DNA of 64,000 nucleotides from Eledone cirrhosa (lineage: Eukaryota), in the NCBI GenBank assembly GCA_964016885.1, contig OZ024741.1, forward strand, positions 32,488,001-32,552,000, in the 5' to 3' direction. Below the pieces are notes generated by a model. The model saw only the letters and a list, made by a program, of their open reading frames with translations. It searched no databases and was not told the DNA's origin. This document shows positions 45,131-60,100 of the stretch, piece after piece. How positions within the stretch are numbered: position 1 is the first letter of the stretch; each line of letters starts with the position of its first letter. A program made the translations under genes and the position numbers.

Positions 45131-48100
45131 TGTATAATATTTGTATTTATTCCAGATGTAATAAGCCTACATATCTCAGATGTTATACAACATGGCTGTA
45201 TAATATTTGTATTTATTCCATATGTAATAAGCCTACATTTCGCAGTTGTTATACAGCATGGCTGTATAATATTTGTATTTATTCAAGATGTAGTAAGCCT
45301 ACATATCTCAATTGTCATACAACATGGCTGTATAATATTTGTATTTATTCCAGATGTAATAAGCCTTCATATCTCAGTTGTTGTACAACATGGCTGTATA
45401 ATATTTGTATTTATTGCAGATGTAATAAATCTACATATTTCAGATGTTATACAACATGGCTGTAGACTATTTGTATTTATTCCAGATGTAATAAACCTAC
45501 ATATCTCAGATGTTATACAACATGGCTGTATAATATTTGTATTTATTCCAGATGTAATAAGCCTACATATCTCAGATGTTATACAACATGGCTGTATAAT
45601 ATTTGTATTTATTCCAGATCTAATAAGCCTACATATCTCAGATTTTATACAACATGGCTGTATAATATTTGTACTTATTGCAGTTGTAATAAGCCTACAT
45701 ATCTCAGATGTTATACAACATGGCTGTATACTATTTCTATTTATTCCAGATGTAATAAGCCTACATATCTCAGATGTTATACAACATGGCTGTATAATAT
45801 TTGTATTTATTCCAGATGTAATATGCCTACATATCTCAGTTGTTATACAACATGGCTGTATAATATTTGTATTTATTCCAGATGTAATAAATCTACATAT
45901 CTCAGTTGTTATACAACATGTCTGTATAATATTTGTATTTATTCCAGATGTAATAAGCCTACATATCTCAGTTGTTATACAACATGGCTGTATAATATTT
46001 GTATTTATTCCAGATTTAATAAGCCTACATATCTCCGTTGTTATACAACATGTCTGTATAATATTTGTATTTATTCCAGATGTAATAAGCCTACATATCT
46101 CAGTTGTTATACAACATGGCTGTATAATATTTGTATTTATTCCAGATGTAATATGCCTACATATCTCAGTTGTTATACAACATGGCTGTATAATATTTGT
46201 ATTTATTCCAGATGTAATAAACCTACATATCTCAGTTGTTATACAACATGTCTGTATAATATCTGTATTTATTCCAGATGTAATAAGCCTACATATCTCA
46301 GTTGTTATACAACATGGCTGTATAATATTTGTATTTATTCCAGATGTAATATGCCTACATATCTCAGTTGTTATACAACATGGCTGTATAATATTTGTAT
46401 TTATTCCAGATGTAATAAGCCTATATATCTCAGTTGTTATGCAACATGGCTGTATAATATTTGTATTTATTTCAGATGTAATAAGCCTACACATCTCAGA
46501 TGTTATACAACATGGCTGTATAATATTTGTATTTATTCCAGATGTAATAAGCCTACATTTCGCAGTTGTTATACAGCATGGCTGTATAATATTTGTATTT
46601 ATTCCAGATGTAATAAGCCTACATATCTCAGATGTTATACAACATGGCTGTATAAGTTTTTGTATTTATTCCATATGTAATAAGCCTACATTTCGCAGTT
46701 GTTATACAGCATGGCTGTATAATATTTGTATTTATTCAAGATGTAATAACCCTACATATCTCAAATGTCATACAACATGGCTGTATAATATTTGTATTTA
46801 TTCCAGATGTAATAAGCCTACATATCTCAGTTGTTATACAACATGTCTGTATAATATTTGTATTTATTACAGATGTAATATGCCTACATATCTCAGTTGT
46901 TATACAACATGGCTGTATAATATTTGTATTTATTCCAGATGTAATAAACCTACATGTCTCAGTTGTTATACAACATGTCTGTATAATATCTGTATTTATT
47001 CCAGATGTAATAAGCCTACATATCTCAGTTGTTATATAACATGGCTGTATAATATTTGTATTTATTCCAGATGTAATATGCCTACATATCTCAGTTGTTA
47101 TACAACATGGCTGTATAATATTTGTATTTATTCCAGATGTAATAAGCCTACATATCTCAGTTGTTATGCAACATGGCTGTATAATATTTGTATTTATTCC
47201 AGATGTAATAAGCCTACATATCTCAGATGTTATACAACATGGCTGTATAATATTTGTATTTATTCCAGATGTAATAAGCCTACATTTCGCAGTTGTTATA
47301 CAGCATGGCTGTATAATATTTGTATTTATTCCAGATGTAATAAGCCTACATATCTCAGATGTTATACACCATGGCTGTATAATATTTGTATTTATTCCAT
47401 ATGTAATAAGCCTACATTTCGCAGTTGTTATACAGCATGGCTGTATAATATTTGTATTTATTCAAGATGTAATAAGCCTACATATCTCAATTGTCATACA
47501 ACATGGCTGTATAATATTTGTATTTATTCCAGATGTAATAAGCCTACATATCTCAGTTGTTATACAACATGGCTGTATAATATTTGTATTTATTCCAGAT
47601 GTAATAAGCCTACATATCTCAGTTGTTATACAACATGGCTGTATAATATTTGTATTTATTCCAGATGTAATAAGCCTACATATCTCAGTTGTTATACAAC
47701 ATGGCTGTATAATATTTGTATTTATTGAAGATGTAATAAACCTACATATCTCAGATGTTATACAACATGGCTGTAGACTATTTGTATTTATTCCAGATGT
47801 AATAAACCTACATATCTCAGATGTTATACAACACGGCTGTATAATATTTGTATTTATTCCAGATGTAATAAGCCTACATATCTCAGATGTTATACAACAT
47901 GGCTGTATAATATTTGTATTTATTCCAGATCTAATAAGCCTACATATCTCAGATTTTATACAACATGGCTGTATAATATTTGTACTTATTGCAGATGTAA
48001 TAAGCCTACATATCTCAGATGTTATACAACATGGCTGTATACTATTTCTATTTATTCCAGATGTAATAAGCCTACATATCTCAGGTGTTATACAACATGG

Positions 48101-51100
48101 CTGTATAATATTTGTATTTATTCCAGATGTAATATGCCTACATATCTCAGTTGTTATACAACATGGCTGTATAATATTTGTATTTATTCCAGATGTAATA
48201 AATCTACATATCTCAGTTGTTATACAACATGTCTGTATAATATTTGTATTTATTCCAGATGTAATAAGCCTACATATCTCAGTTGTTATACAACATGGCT
48301 GTATAATATTTGTATTTATTCCAGATGTAATATGCCTACATATCTCAGTTTTTATACAACATGGCTGTATAATATTTGTATTTATTGCAGATGTAATAAG
48401 CCTACATATCTCAGTTGTTATACAACATGTCTGTATAATATTTGTATTTATTCCAGATGTAATAAGCCTACATATCTCAGTTGTTATACAACATGGCTGT
48501 ATACTATTTGTATTTATTCCAGATGTAATAAGCCTACATATCTCAGTTGTTATACAACATGTCTGTATAATATTTGTATTTATTCCAGATGTAATAAGCC
48601 TACATATCTCAGTTGTTATACAACATGGCTGTATAATATTTGTATTTATTCCAGATGTAATATGCCTACATATCTCAGTTGTTATACAACATGGCTGTAT
48701 AATATTTGTATTTATTCCAGATGTAATAAACCTACATATCTCAGTTGTTATACAACATGTCTGTATAATATCTGTATTTATTCCAGATGTAATAAGCCTA
48801 CATATCTCAGTTGTTATACAACATGTCTGTATAATATCTGTATTTATTCCAGATGTAATAAGCCTACATATCTCAGTTGTTATACAACATGGCTGTATAA
48901 TATTTGTATTTATTCCAGATGTAATATGCCTACATATCTCAGTTGTTATACAACATGGCTGTATAATATTTGTATTTATTCCAGATGTAATAAACCTACA
49001 TATCTCAGTTGTTATACAACATGTCTGTATAATATCTGTATTTATTCCAGATGTAATAAGCCTACATATCTCAGTTGTTATACAACATGGCTGTATAATA
49101 TTTGTATTTATTCCAGATGTAATATGCCTACATATCTCAGTTGTTATACAACATGGCTGTATAATATTTGTATTTATTCCAGATGTAATAAGCCTATATA
49201 TCTCAGTTGTTATGCAACATGGCTGTATAATATTTGTATTTATTTCAGATGTAATAAGCCTACACATCTCAGATGTTATACAACATGGCTGTATAATATT
49301 TGTATTTATTCCAGATGTAATAAGCCTACATTTCGCAGTTGTTATACAGCATGGCTGTATAATATTTGTATTTATTCCAGATGTAATAAGCCTACATATC
49401 TCAGATGTTATACAACATGGCTGTATAAGTTTTTGTATTTATTCCATATGTAATAAGCCTACATTTCGCAGTTGTTATACAGCATGGCTGTATAATATTT
49501 GTATTTATTCAAGATGTAATAACCCTACATATCTCAAATGTCATACAACATGGCTGTATAATATTTGTATTTATTCCAGATGTAATAAGCCTACATATCT
49601 CAGTTGTTATACAACATGTCTGTATAATATTTGTATTTATTCCAGATGTAATATGCCTACATATCTCAGTTGTTATACAACATGGCTGTATAATATTTGT
49701 ATTTATTCCAGATGTAATAAACCTACATGTCTCAGTTGTTATACAACATGTCTGTATAATATCTGTATTTATTCCAGATGTAATAAGCCTACATATCTCA
49801 GTTGTTATATAACATGGCTGTATAATATTTGTATTTATTCCAGATGTAATATGCCTACATATCTCAGTTGTTATACAACATGGCTGTATAATATTTGTAT
49901 TTATTCCAGATGTAATAAGCCTACATATCTCAGTTGTTATGCAACATGGCTGTATAATATTTGTATTTATTCCAGATGTAATAAGCCTACATATCTCAGA
50001 TGTTATACAACATGGCTGTATAATATTTGTATTTATTCCAGATGTAATAAGCCTACATTTCGCAGTTGTTATACAGCATGGCTGTATAATATTTGTATTT
50101 ATTCCAGATGTAATAAGCCTACATATCTCAGATGTTATACACCATGGCTGTATAATATTTGTATTTATTCCATATGTAATAAGCCTACATTTCGCAGTTG
50201 TTATACAGCATGGCTGTATAATATTTGTATTTATTCAAGATGTAATAAGCCTACATATCTCAATTGTCATACAACATGGCTGTATAATATTTGTATTTAT
50301 TCCAGATGTAATAAGCCTACATATCTCAGTTGTTATACAACATGGCTGTATAATATTTGTATTTATTCCAGATGTAATAAGCCTACATATCTCAGTTGTT
50401 ATACAACATGGCTGTATAATATTTGTATTTATTCCAGATGTAATAAGCCTACATATCTCAGTTGTTATACAACATGGCTGTATAATATTTGTATTTATTG
50501 AAGATGTAATAAACCTACATATCTCAGATGTTATACAACATGGCTGTAGACTATTTGTATTTATTCCAGATGTAATAAACCTACATATCTCAGATGTTAT
50601 ACAACACGGCTGTATAATATTTGTATTTATTCCAGATGTAATAAGCCTACATATCTCAGATGTTATACAACATGGCTGTATAATATTTGTATTTATTCCA
50701 GATCTAATAAGCCTACATATCTCAGATTTTATACAACATGGCTGTATAATATTTGTACTTATTGCAGATGTAATAAGCCTACATATCTCAGATGTTATAC
50801 AACATGGCTGTATACTATTTCTATTTATTCCAGATGTAATAAGCCTACATATCTCAGGTGTTATACAACATGGCTGTATAATATTTGTATTTATTCCAGA
50901 TGTAATATGCCTACATATCTCAGTTGTTATACAACATGGCTGTATAATATTTGTATTTATTCCAGATGTAATAAATCTACATATCTCAGTTGTTATACAA
51001 CATGTCTGTATAATATTTGTATTTATTCCAGATGTAATAAGCCTACATATCTCAGTTGTTATACAACATGGCTGTATAATATTTGTATTTATTCCAGATG

Positions 51101-54100
51101 TAATATGCCTACATATCTCAGTTTTTATACAACATGGCTGTATAATATTTGTATTTATTGCAGATGTAATAAGCCTACATATCTCAGTTGTTATACAACA
51201 TGTCTGTATAATATTTGTATTTATTCCAGATGTAATAAGCCTACATATCTCAGTTGTTATACAACATGGCTGTATACTATTTGTATTTATTCCTGATGTA
51301 ATAAGCCTACATATCTCAGTTGTTATACAACATGTCTGTATAATATTTGTATTTATTCCAGATGTAATAAGCCTACATATCTCAGTTGTTATACAACATG
51401 GCTGTATAATATTTGTATTTATTCCAGATGTAATATGCCTACATATCTCAGTTGTTATACAACATGGCTGTATAATATTTGTATTTATTCCAGATGTAAT
51501 AAACCTACATATCTCAGTTGTTATACAACATGTCTGTATAATATCTGTATTTATTCCAGATGTAATAAGCCTACATATCTCAGTTGTTATACAACATGTC
51601 TGTATAATATCTGTATTTATTCCAGATGTAATAAGCCTACATATCTCAGTTGTTATACAACATGGCTGTATAATATTTGTATTTATTCCAGATGTAATAT
51701 GCCTACATATCTCAGTTGTTATACAACATGGCTGTATAATATTTGTATTTATTCCAGATGTAATAAGCCTAGATATCTCAGTTGTTATGCAACATGGCTG
51801 TATAATATTTGTATTTATTCCAGATGTAATAAACCTACATATCCCAGATGTTATACAACATGGCTGTATAATATTTGTATTTATTCCAGATGTAATAAGC
51901 CTACATTTCGCAGTTGTTATACAGCATGGCTGTATAATATTTGTATTTATTCCAGATGTAATAAGCCTACATATCTCAGATGTTATACAACATGGCTGTA
52001 TAATTTTTTGTATTTATTCCATATGTAATAAGCCTACATTTCGCAGTTTTTATACAGCATGGCTGTATAATATTTGTATTTATTCAAGATGTAATAAGCC
52101 TACATATCTCAAATGTCATACAACATGGCTGTATAATATTTGTATTTATTCCAGATGTAATAAGCCTACATATCTCAGTTGTTATACAACATGTCTGTAT
52201 AATATTTATATTTATTCCAGATGTAATAAGCCTAGATATCTCAGATGTTATACAACATGGCTGTAGACTATTTGTATTTATTCCAGATGTAATAAGCCTA
52301 CATATCTCAGATGTTATACAACATGGCTGTATAATATTTGTATTTATTCCAGATGTAATAAGCCTACATATCTCAGATGTTATACAACATGGCTGTATAA
52401 TATTTGTATTTATTCCAGATCTAATAAGCCTACATATCTCAGTTTTTATACAACATGGCTGTATAATATTTGTACTTATTGCAGATGTAATAAGCCTACA
52501 TATCTCAGATGTTATACAACATGGCTGTATACTATTTGTATTTATTCCAGATGTAATAAGCCTACATATCTCAGATGTTATACAACATGGCTGTATAATT
52601 TTTGTATTTATTCCAGATGTAATATGCCTACATATCTCAGTTGTTATACAACATGGCTGTATAATATTTGTATTTATTCCAGATGTAATATGCCTACATA
52701 TCTCAGTTGTTATACAACATGGCTGTATAATATTTGTATTTATTCCAGATGTAATAAGCCTACATATCTCAGTTGTTATACAACATGGCTGTATAATATT
52801 TGTATTTATTCCAGATGTAATAAGCCTACATATCTCAGATGTTATACAACATGGCTGTATAATATTTGTATTTATTCCAGATGTAATAAGCCTACATTTC
52901 GCAGTTGTTATACAGCATGGCTGTATAATATTTGCATTTATTCAAGATGTAATAAGCCTACATATCTCAATTGTCATACAACATGGCTGTATAATATTTG
53001 TATTTATTCCAGATGTAATAAGCCTACATATCTCAGATGTTATACAACATGGCTGTATACTATTTGTATTTATTCCAGATGTAATAAGCCTACATATCTC
53101 AGATGTTATACAACATGGCTGTATAATATTTGTATTTATTCTAGATGTAATAAGCCTACATATCTCAGATGTTATACAACATGGCTGTATCATATTTGTA
53201 TTTATTCCAGATGTAATAAGCCTACATATCTCAGTTGTTATACAACATGGCTGTATAATATTTGTATTTATTGCAGATGTAATAAGCCTACATATCTCAG
53301 TTGTTATACAACATGGCTGTATAATATTTGTATTTATTCCAGATCTAAAAAGCCTACATATCTCAGTTGTTATACAACATGGCTGTATAATATTTGTATT
53401 TATTCCAGATGTAATAAGCCTACATATTTCAGTTGTTATACAACATGGCTGTATAATATTTGTATTTATTCCAGATGTAATATGCCTACATATCTCAGTT
53501 TTTATACAACATGGCTGTATAATATTTGTATTTATTGCAGATGTAATAAGCCTACATATCTCAGTTGTTATACAACATGTCTGTATAATATTTGTATTTA
53601 TTCCAGATGTAATAAGCCTACATATCTCAGTTGTTATACAACATGGCTGTATAATATTTGTATTTATTCCAGATTTAATAAGCCTACATATCTCAGTTGT
53701 TATACAACATGTCTGTATAATATTTGTATTTATTCCAGATGTAATAAGCCTACATATCTCAGTTATTATACAACATGGCTGTATAATATTTGTATTTATT
53801 CCAGATGTAATATGCCTACATATCTCAGTTGTTATACAACATGGCTGTATAATATTTGTATTTATTCCAGATGTAATAAAACTACATATCTCAGTTGTTA
53901 TACAACATGTCTGTATAATATCTGTATTTATTCCAGATGTAATAAGCCTACATATCTCAGTTGTTATACAACATGGCTGTATAATATTTGTATTTATTCC
54001 AGATGTAATATGCCTACATATCTCAGTTGTTATACAACATGGCTGTATAATATTTGTATTTATTCCAGATGTAATAAGCCTACATATCTCAGTTGTTATG

Positions 54101-57100
54101 CAACATGGCTGTATAATATTTGTATTTATTTCAGATGTAATAAGCCTACATATCTCAGATGTTATACAACATGGCTGTATAATATTTGTATTTATTCCAG
54201 ATGTAATAAGCCTACATTTCGCAGTTGTTATACAGCATGGCTGTATAATATTTGTATTTATTCCAGATGTAATAAGCCTACATATCTCAGATGTTATACA
54301 ACATGGCTGTATAAGTTTTTGTATTTATTCCATATGTAATAAGCCTACATTTCGCAGTTGTTATACAGCATGGCTGTATAATATTTGTATTTATTCAAGA
54401 TGTAATAAGCCTACATATCTCAAATGTCATACAACATGGCTGTATAATATTTGTATTTATTCCAGATGTAATAAGCCTACATATCTCAGTTGTTATACAA
54501 CATGTCTGTATAATATTTGTATTTATTCCAGATGTAATAAGCCTACATATCTCAGTTGTTATACAACATGTCTGTATAATATTTGTATTTATTCCAGATG
54601 TAATATGCCTACATATCTCAGTTGTTATACAACATGGCTGTATAATATTTGTATTTATTCCAGATGTAATAAACCTACATGTCTCAGTTGTTATACAACA
54701 TGTCTGTATAATATCTGTATTTATTCCAGATGTAATAAGCCTACATATCTCAGTTGTTATATAACATGGCTGTATAATATTTGTATTTATTCCAGATGTA
54801 ATATGCCTACATATCTCAGTTGTTATACAACATGGCTGTATAATATTTGTATTTATTCCAGATGTAATAAGCCTACATATCTCAGTTGTTATGCAACATG
54901 GCTGTATAATATTTGTATTTATTCCAGATGTAATAAGCCTACATATCTCAGATGTTATACAACATGGCTGTATAATATTTGTATTTATTCCAGATGTAAT
55001 AAGCCTACATTTCGCAGTTGTTATACAGCATGGCTGTATAATATTTGTATTTATTCCAGATGTAATAAGCCTACATATCTCAGATGTTATACAACATGGC
55101 TGTATAATATTTGTATTTATTCCATATGTAATAAGCCTACATTTCGCAGTTGTTATACAGCATGGCTGTATAATATTTGTATTTATTCAAGATGTAATAA
55201 GCCTACATATCTCAATTGTCATACAACATGGCTGTATAATATTTGTATTTATTCCAGATGTAATAAGCCTACATATCTCAGTTGTTATACAACATGGCTG
55301 TATAATATTTGTATTTATTCCAGATGTAATAAGCCTACATATCTCAGTTGTTATACAACATGGCTGTATAATATTTGTATTTATTCCAGATGTAATAAGC
55401 CTACATATCTCAGTTGTTATACAACATGGCTGTATAATATTTGTATTTATTGAAGATGTAATAAACCTACATATCTCAGATGTTATACAACATGGCTGTA
55501 GACTATTTGTATTTATTCCAGATGTAATAAACCTACATATCTCAGATGTTATACAACACGGCTGTATAATATTTGTATTTATTCCAGATGTAATAAGCCT
55601 ACATATCTCAGATGTTATACAACATGGCTGTATAATATTTGTATTTATTCCAGATCTAATAAGCCTACATATCTCAGATTTTATACAACATGGCTGTATA
55701 ATATTTGTACTTATTGCAGATGTAATAAGCCTACATATCTCAGATGTTATACAACATGGCTGTATACTATTTCTATTTATTCCAGATGTAATAAGCCTAC
55801 ATATCTCAGATGTTATACAACATGGCTGTATAATATTTGTATTTATTCCAGATGTAATATGCCTACATATCTCAGTTGTTATACAACATGGCTGTATAAT
55901 ATTTGTATTTATTCCAGATGTAATAAATCTACATATCTCAGTTGTTATACAACATGTCTGTATAATATTTGTATTTATTCCAGATGTAATATGCCTACAT
56001 ATCTCAGTTTTTATACAACATGGCTGTATAATATTTGTATTTATTGCAGATGTAATAAGCCTACATATCTCAGTTGTTATACAACATGTCTGTATAATAT
56101 TTGTATTTATTCCAGATGTAATAAGCCTACATATCTCAGTTGTTATACAACATGGCTGTATACTATTTGTATTTATTCCAGATGTAATAAGCCTACATAT
56201 CTCAGTTGTTATACAACATGTCTGTATAATATTTGTATTTATTCCAGATGTAATATGCCTACATATCTCAGTTGTTATACAACATGGCTGTAAAATATTT
56301 GTATTTATTCCAGATGTAATAAACCTACATATCTCAGTTGTTATACAACATGTCTGTATAATATCTGTATTTATTCCAGATGTAATAAGCCTACATATCT
56401 CAGTTGTTATACAACATGTCTGTATAATATCTGTATTTATTCCAGATGTAATAAGCCTACATATCTCAGATGTTATACAACATGGCTGTATAATTTTTTG
56501 TATTTATTCCATATGTAATAAGCCTACATTTCGCAGTTGTTATACAGCATGGCTGTATAATATTTGTATTTATTCAAGATGTAATAAGCCTACATATCTC
56601 AAATGTCATACAACATGGCTGTATAATATTTGTATTTATTCCAGATGTAATAAGCCTACATATCTCAGTTGTTATACAACATGTCTGTATAATATTTGTA
56701 TTTATTCCAGATGTAATAAGCCTAGATATCTCAGATGTCATACAACATGGCTGTAGACTATTTGTATTTATTCCAGATGTAATAAGCCTACATATCTCAG
56801 TTGTTATACAACATGTCTGTATAATATTTGTATTTATTCCAGATGTAATAAGCCTAGATATCTCAGATGTCATACAACATGGCTGTAGACTATCTGTATT
56901 TATTCCAGATGTAATAAGCCTACATATCTCAGTTGTTATACAACATGTCTGTATAATATCTGTATTTATTCCAGATGTAATAAGCCTACATATCTCAGAT
57001 GTTATACAACATGGCTGTATAATTTTTTGTATTTATTCCATATGTAATAAGCCTACATTTCGCAGTTGTTATACAGCATGGCTGTATAATATTTGTATTT

Positions 57101-60100
57101 ATTCAAGATGTAATAAGCCTACATATCTCAAATGTCATACAACATGGCTGTATAATATTTGTATTTATTCCAGATGTAATAAGCCTACATATCTCAGTTG
57201 TTATACAACATGTCTGTATAATATTTGTATTTATTCCAGATGTAATAAGCCTAGATATCTCAGATGTCATACAACATGGCTGTAGACTATTTGTATTTAT
57301 TCCAGATGTAATAAGCCTACATATCTCAGATGTTATACAACATGGCTGTATAATATTTGTATTTATTCCAGATGTAATAAGCCTACATATCTCAGATGTT
57401 ATACAACATGGCTGTATAATATTTGTATTTATTCCAGATCTAATAAGCCTACATATCTCAGTTTTTATACAACATGGCTGTATAATATTTGTACTTATTG
57501 CAGATGTAATAAGCCTACATATCTCAGATGTTATACAACATGGCTGTATACTATTTGTATTTATTCCAGATGTAATAAGCCTACATATCTCAGATGTTAT
57601 ACAACATGGCTGAATAATTTTTGTATTTATTCCAGATGTAATATGCCTACATATCTCAGTTGTTATACAACATGGCTGTATAATATTTGTATTTATTCCA
57701 GATGTAATATGCCTACATATCTCAGTTGTTATACAACATGGCTGTATAATATTTGTATTTATTCCAGATGTAATAAGCCTACATATCTCAGTTGTTATAC
57801 AACATGGCTGTATAATATTTGTATTTATTCCAGATGTAATAAGCCTACATATCTCAGATGTTATACAACATGGCTGTATAATATTTGTATTTATTCCAGA
57901 TGTAATAAGCCTACATTTCGCAGTTGTTATACAGCATGGCTGTATACTATTTGTATTTATTCCAGATGTAATAAGCCTACATATCTCAGATGTTATACAA
58001 CATGGCTGTATAATATTTGTATTTATTCCAGATGTAATAAGCCTACATTTCGCAGTTGTTATACAGCATGGCTGTATAATATTTGCATTTATTCAAGATG
58101 TAATAAGCCTACATATCTCAATTGTCATACAACATGGCTGTATAATATTTGTATTTATTCCAGATGTAATAAGCCTACATATCTCAGATGTTATACAACA
58201 TGGCTGTATACTATTTGTATTTATTCCAGATGTAATAAGCCTACATATCTCAGATGTTATACAACATGGCTGTATAATATTTGTATTTATTCTAGATTTA
58301 ATAAGCCTACATATCTCAGATGTTATACAACATGGCTGTATCATATTTGTATTTATTCCAGATGTAATAAGCCTACATATCTCAGTTGTTATACAACATG
58401 GCTGTATAATATTTGTATTTATTGCAGATGTAATAAGCCTACATATCTCAGTTGTTATACAACATGGCTGTATAATATTTGTATTTATTCCAGATCTAAT
58501 AAGCCTACATATCTCAGTTGTTATACAACATGGCTGTATAATATTTGTATTTATTCCAGATGTAATAAGCCTACATATCTCAGATGTTATACAACATGGC
58601 TGTATACTATTTGTATTTATTCCAGATGTAATAAGCCTACATATCTCAGATGTTATACAACATGGCTGTATAATATTTGTATTTATTCCAGATGTAATAA
58701 GCCTACATATCTCAGATGTTATACAACATGGCTGTATCATATTTGTTTTTATTCCAGATGTAATAAGCCTACATATCTCAGATGTTATACAACATGGCTG
58801 TATAATATTTGTATTTATTCCATATGTAATAAGCCTACATTTCGAAGTTGTTATACAGCATGGCTGTATAATATTTGTACTTATTCCAGATGTAATAAGC
58901 CTACATATCTCAGATGTTATACAACATGGCTGTATAATATTTGTATTTATTCCAGATGTAATAAGCCTACATATCTCAGATGTTATACAACATGGCTGTA
59001 TCATATTTGTTTTTATTCCAGAATTAATAAGCCTACATATCCCAGATGTTATACAGCATGGCTGTATACTATTTGTATTTATTCCAGATGTAATAAGCCT
59101 ACATATCTCAGATGTTATACAACATGGCTGTATAATATTTGTATTTATTCTATATGTAATAAGCCTACATTTCGAAGTTGTTATACAGCATGGCTGTATA
59201 ATATTTGTATTTATTCCAGATGTAATATGCCTACATATCTCAGTTGTTATACAACATGGCTGTATAATATTTGTATTTATTCCAGATGTAATAAATCTAC
59301 ATATCTCAGTTGTTATACAACATGTCTGTATAATATTTGTATTTATTCCAGATGTAATAAGCCTACATATCTCAGTTGTTATACAACATGGCTGTATAAT
59401 ATTTGTATTTATTCCAGATGTAATATGCCTACATATCTCAGTTGTTATACAACATGGCTGTATAATATTTGTATTTATTCCAGATGTAATAAGCCTACAT
59501 ATCTCAGTTGTTATACAACATGGCTGTATAATATTTGTATTTATTCCAGATGTAATAAGCCTACATATCTCAGATGTTATACAACATGGCTGTATAATAT
59601 TTGTATTTATTCTAGATGTAATAAGCCTACATATCTCAGATGTTATACAACATGGCTGTATCATATTTGTATTTATTCCAGATGTAATAAGCCTACATAT
59701 CTCAGTTGTTATACAACATGGCTGTATAATATTTGTATTTATTGCAGATGTAATAAGCCTACATATCTCAGTTGTTATACAACATGGCTGTATAATATTT
59801 GTATTTATTCCAGATGTAATAAGCCTACATATCTCAGTTGTTATACAACATGGCTGTATAATATTTGTATTTATTCCAGATGTAATAAGCCTACATATCT
59901 CAGTTTTTATACAACATGGCTGTATAATATTTGTAATTATTGCAGATGTAATAAGCCTACATATCTCAGTTGTTATACAACATGGCTGTATAATATTTGT
60001 ATTTATTCCAGATGTACTAAGCCTACATATTTCAGTTGTTATACAACATGGCTGTATAATATTTGTATTTATTTCAGATGTAATAAGCCTACATATCTCA

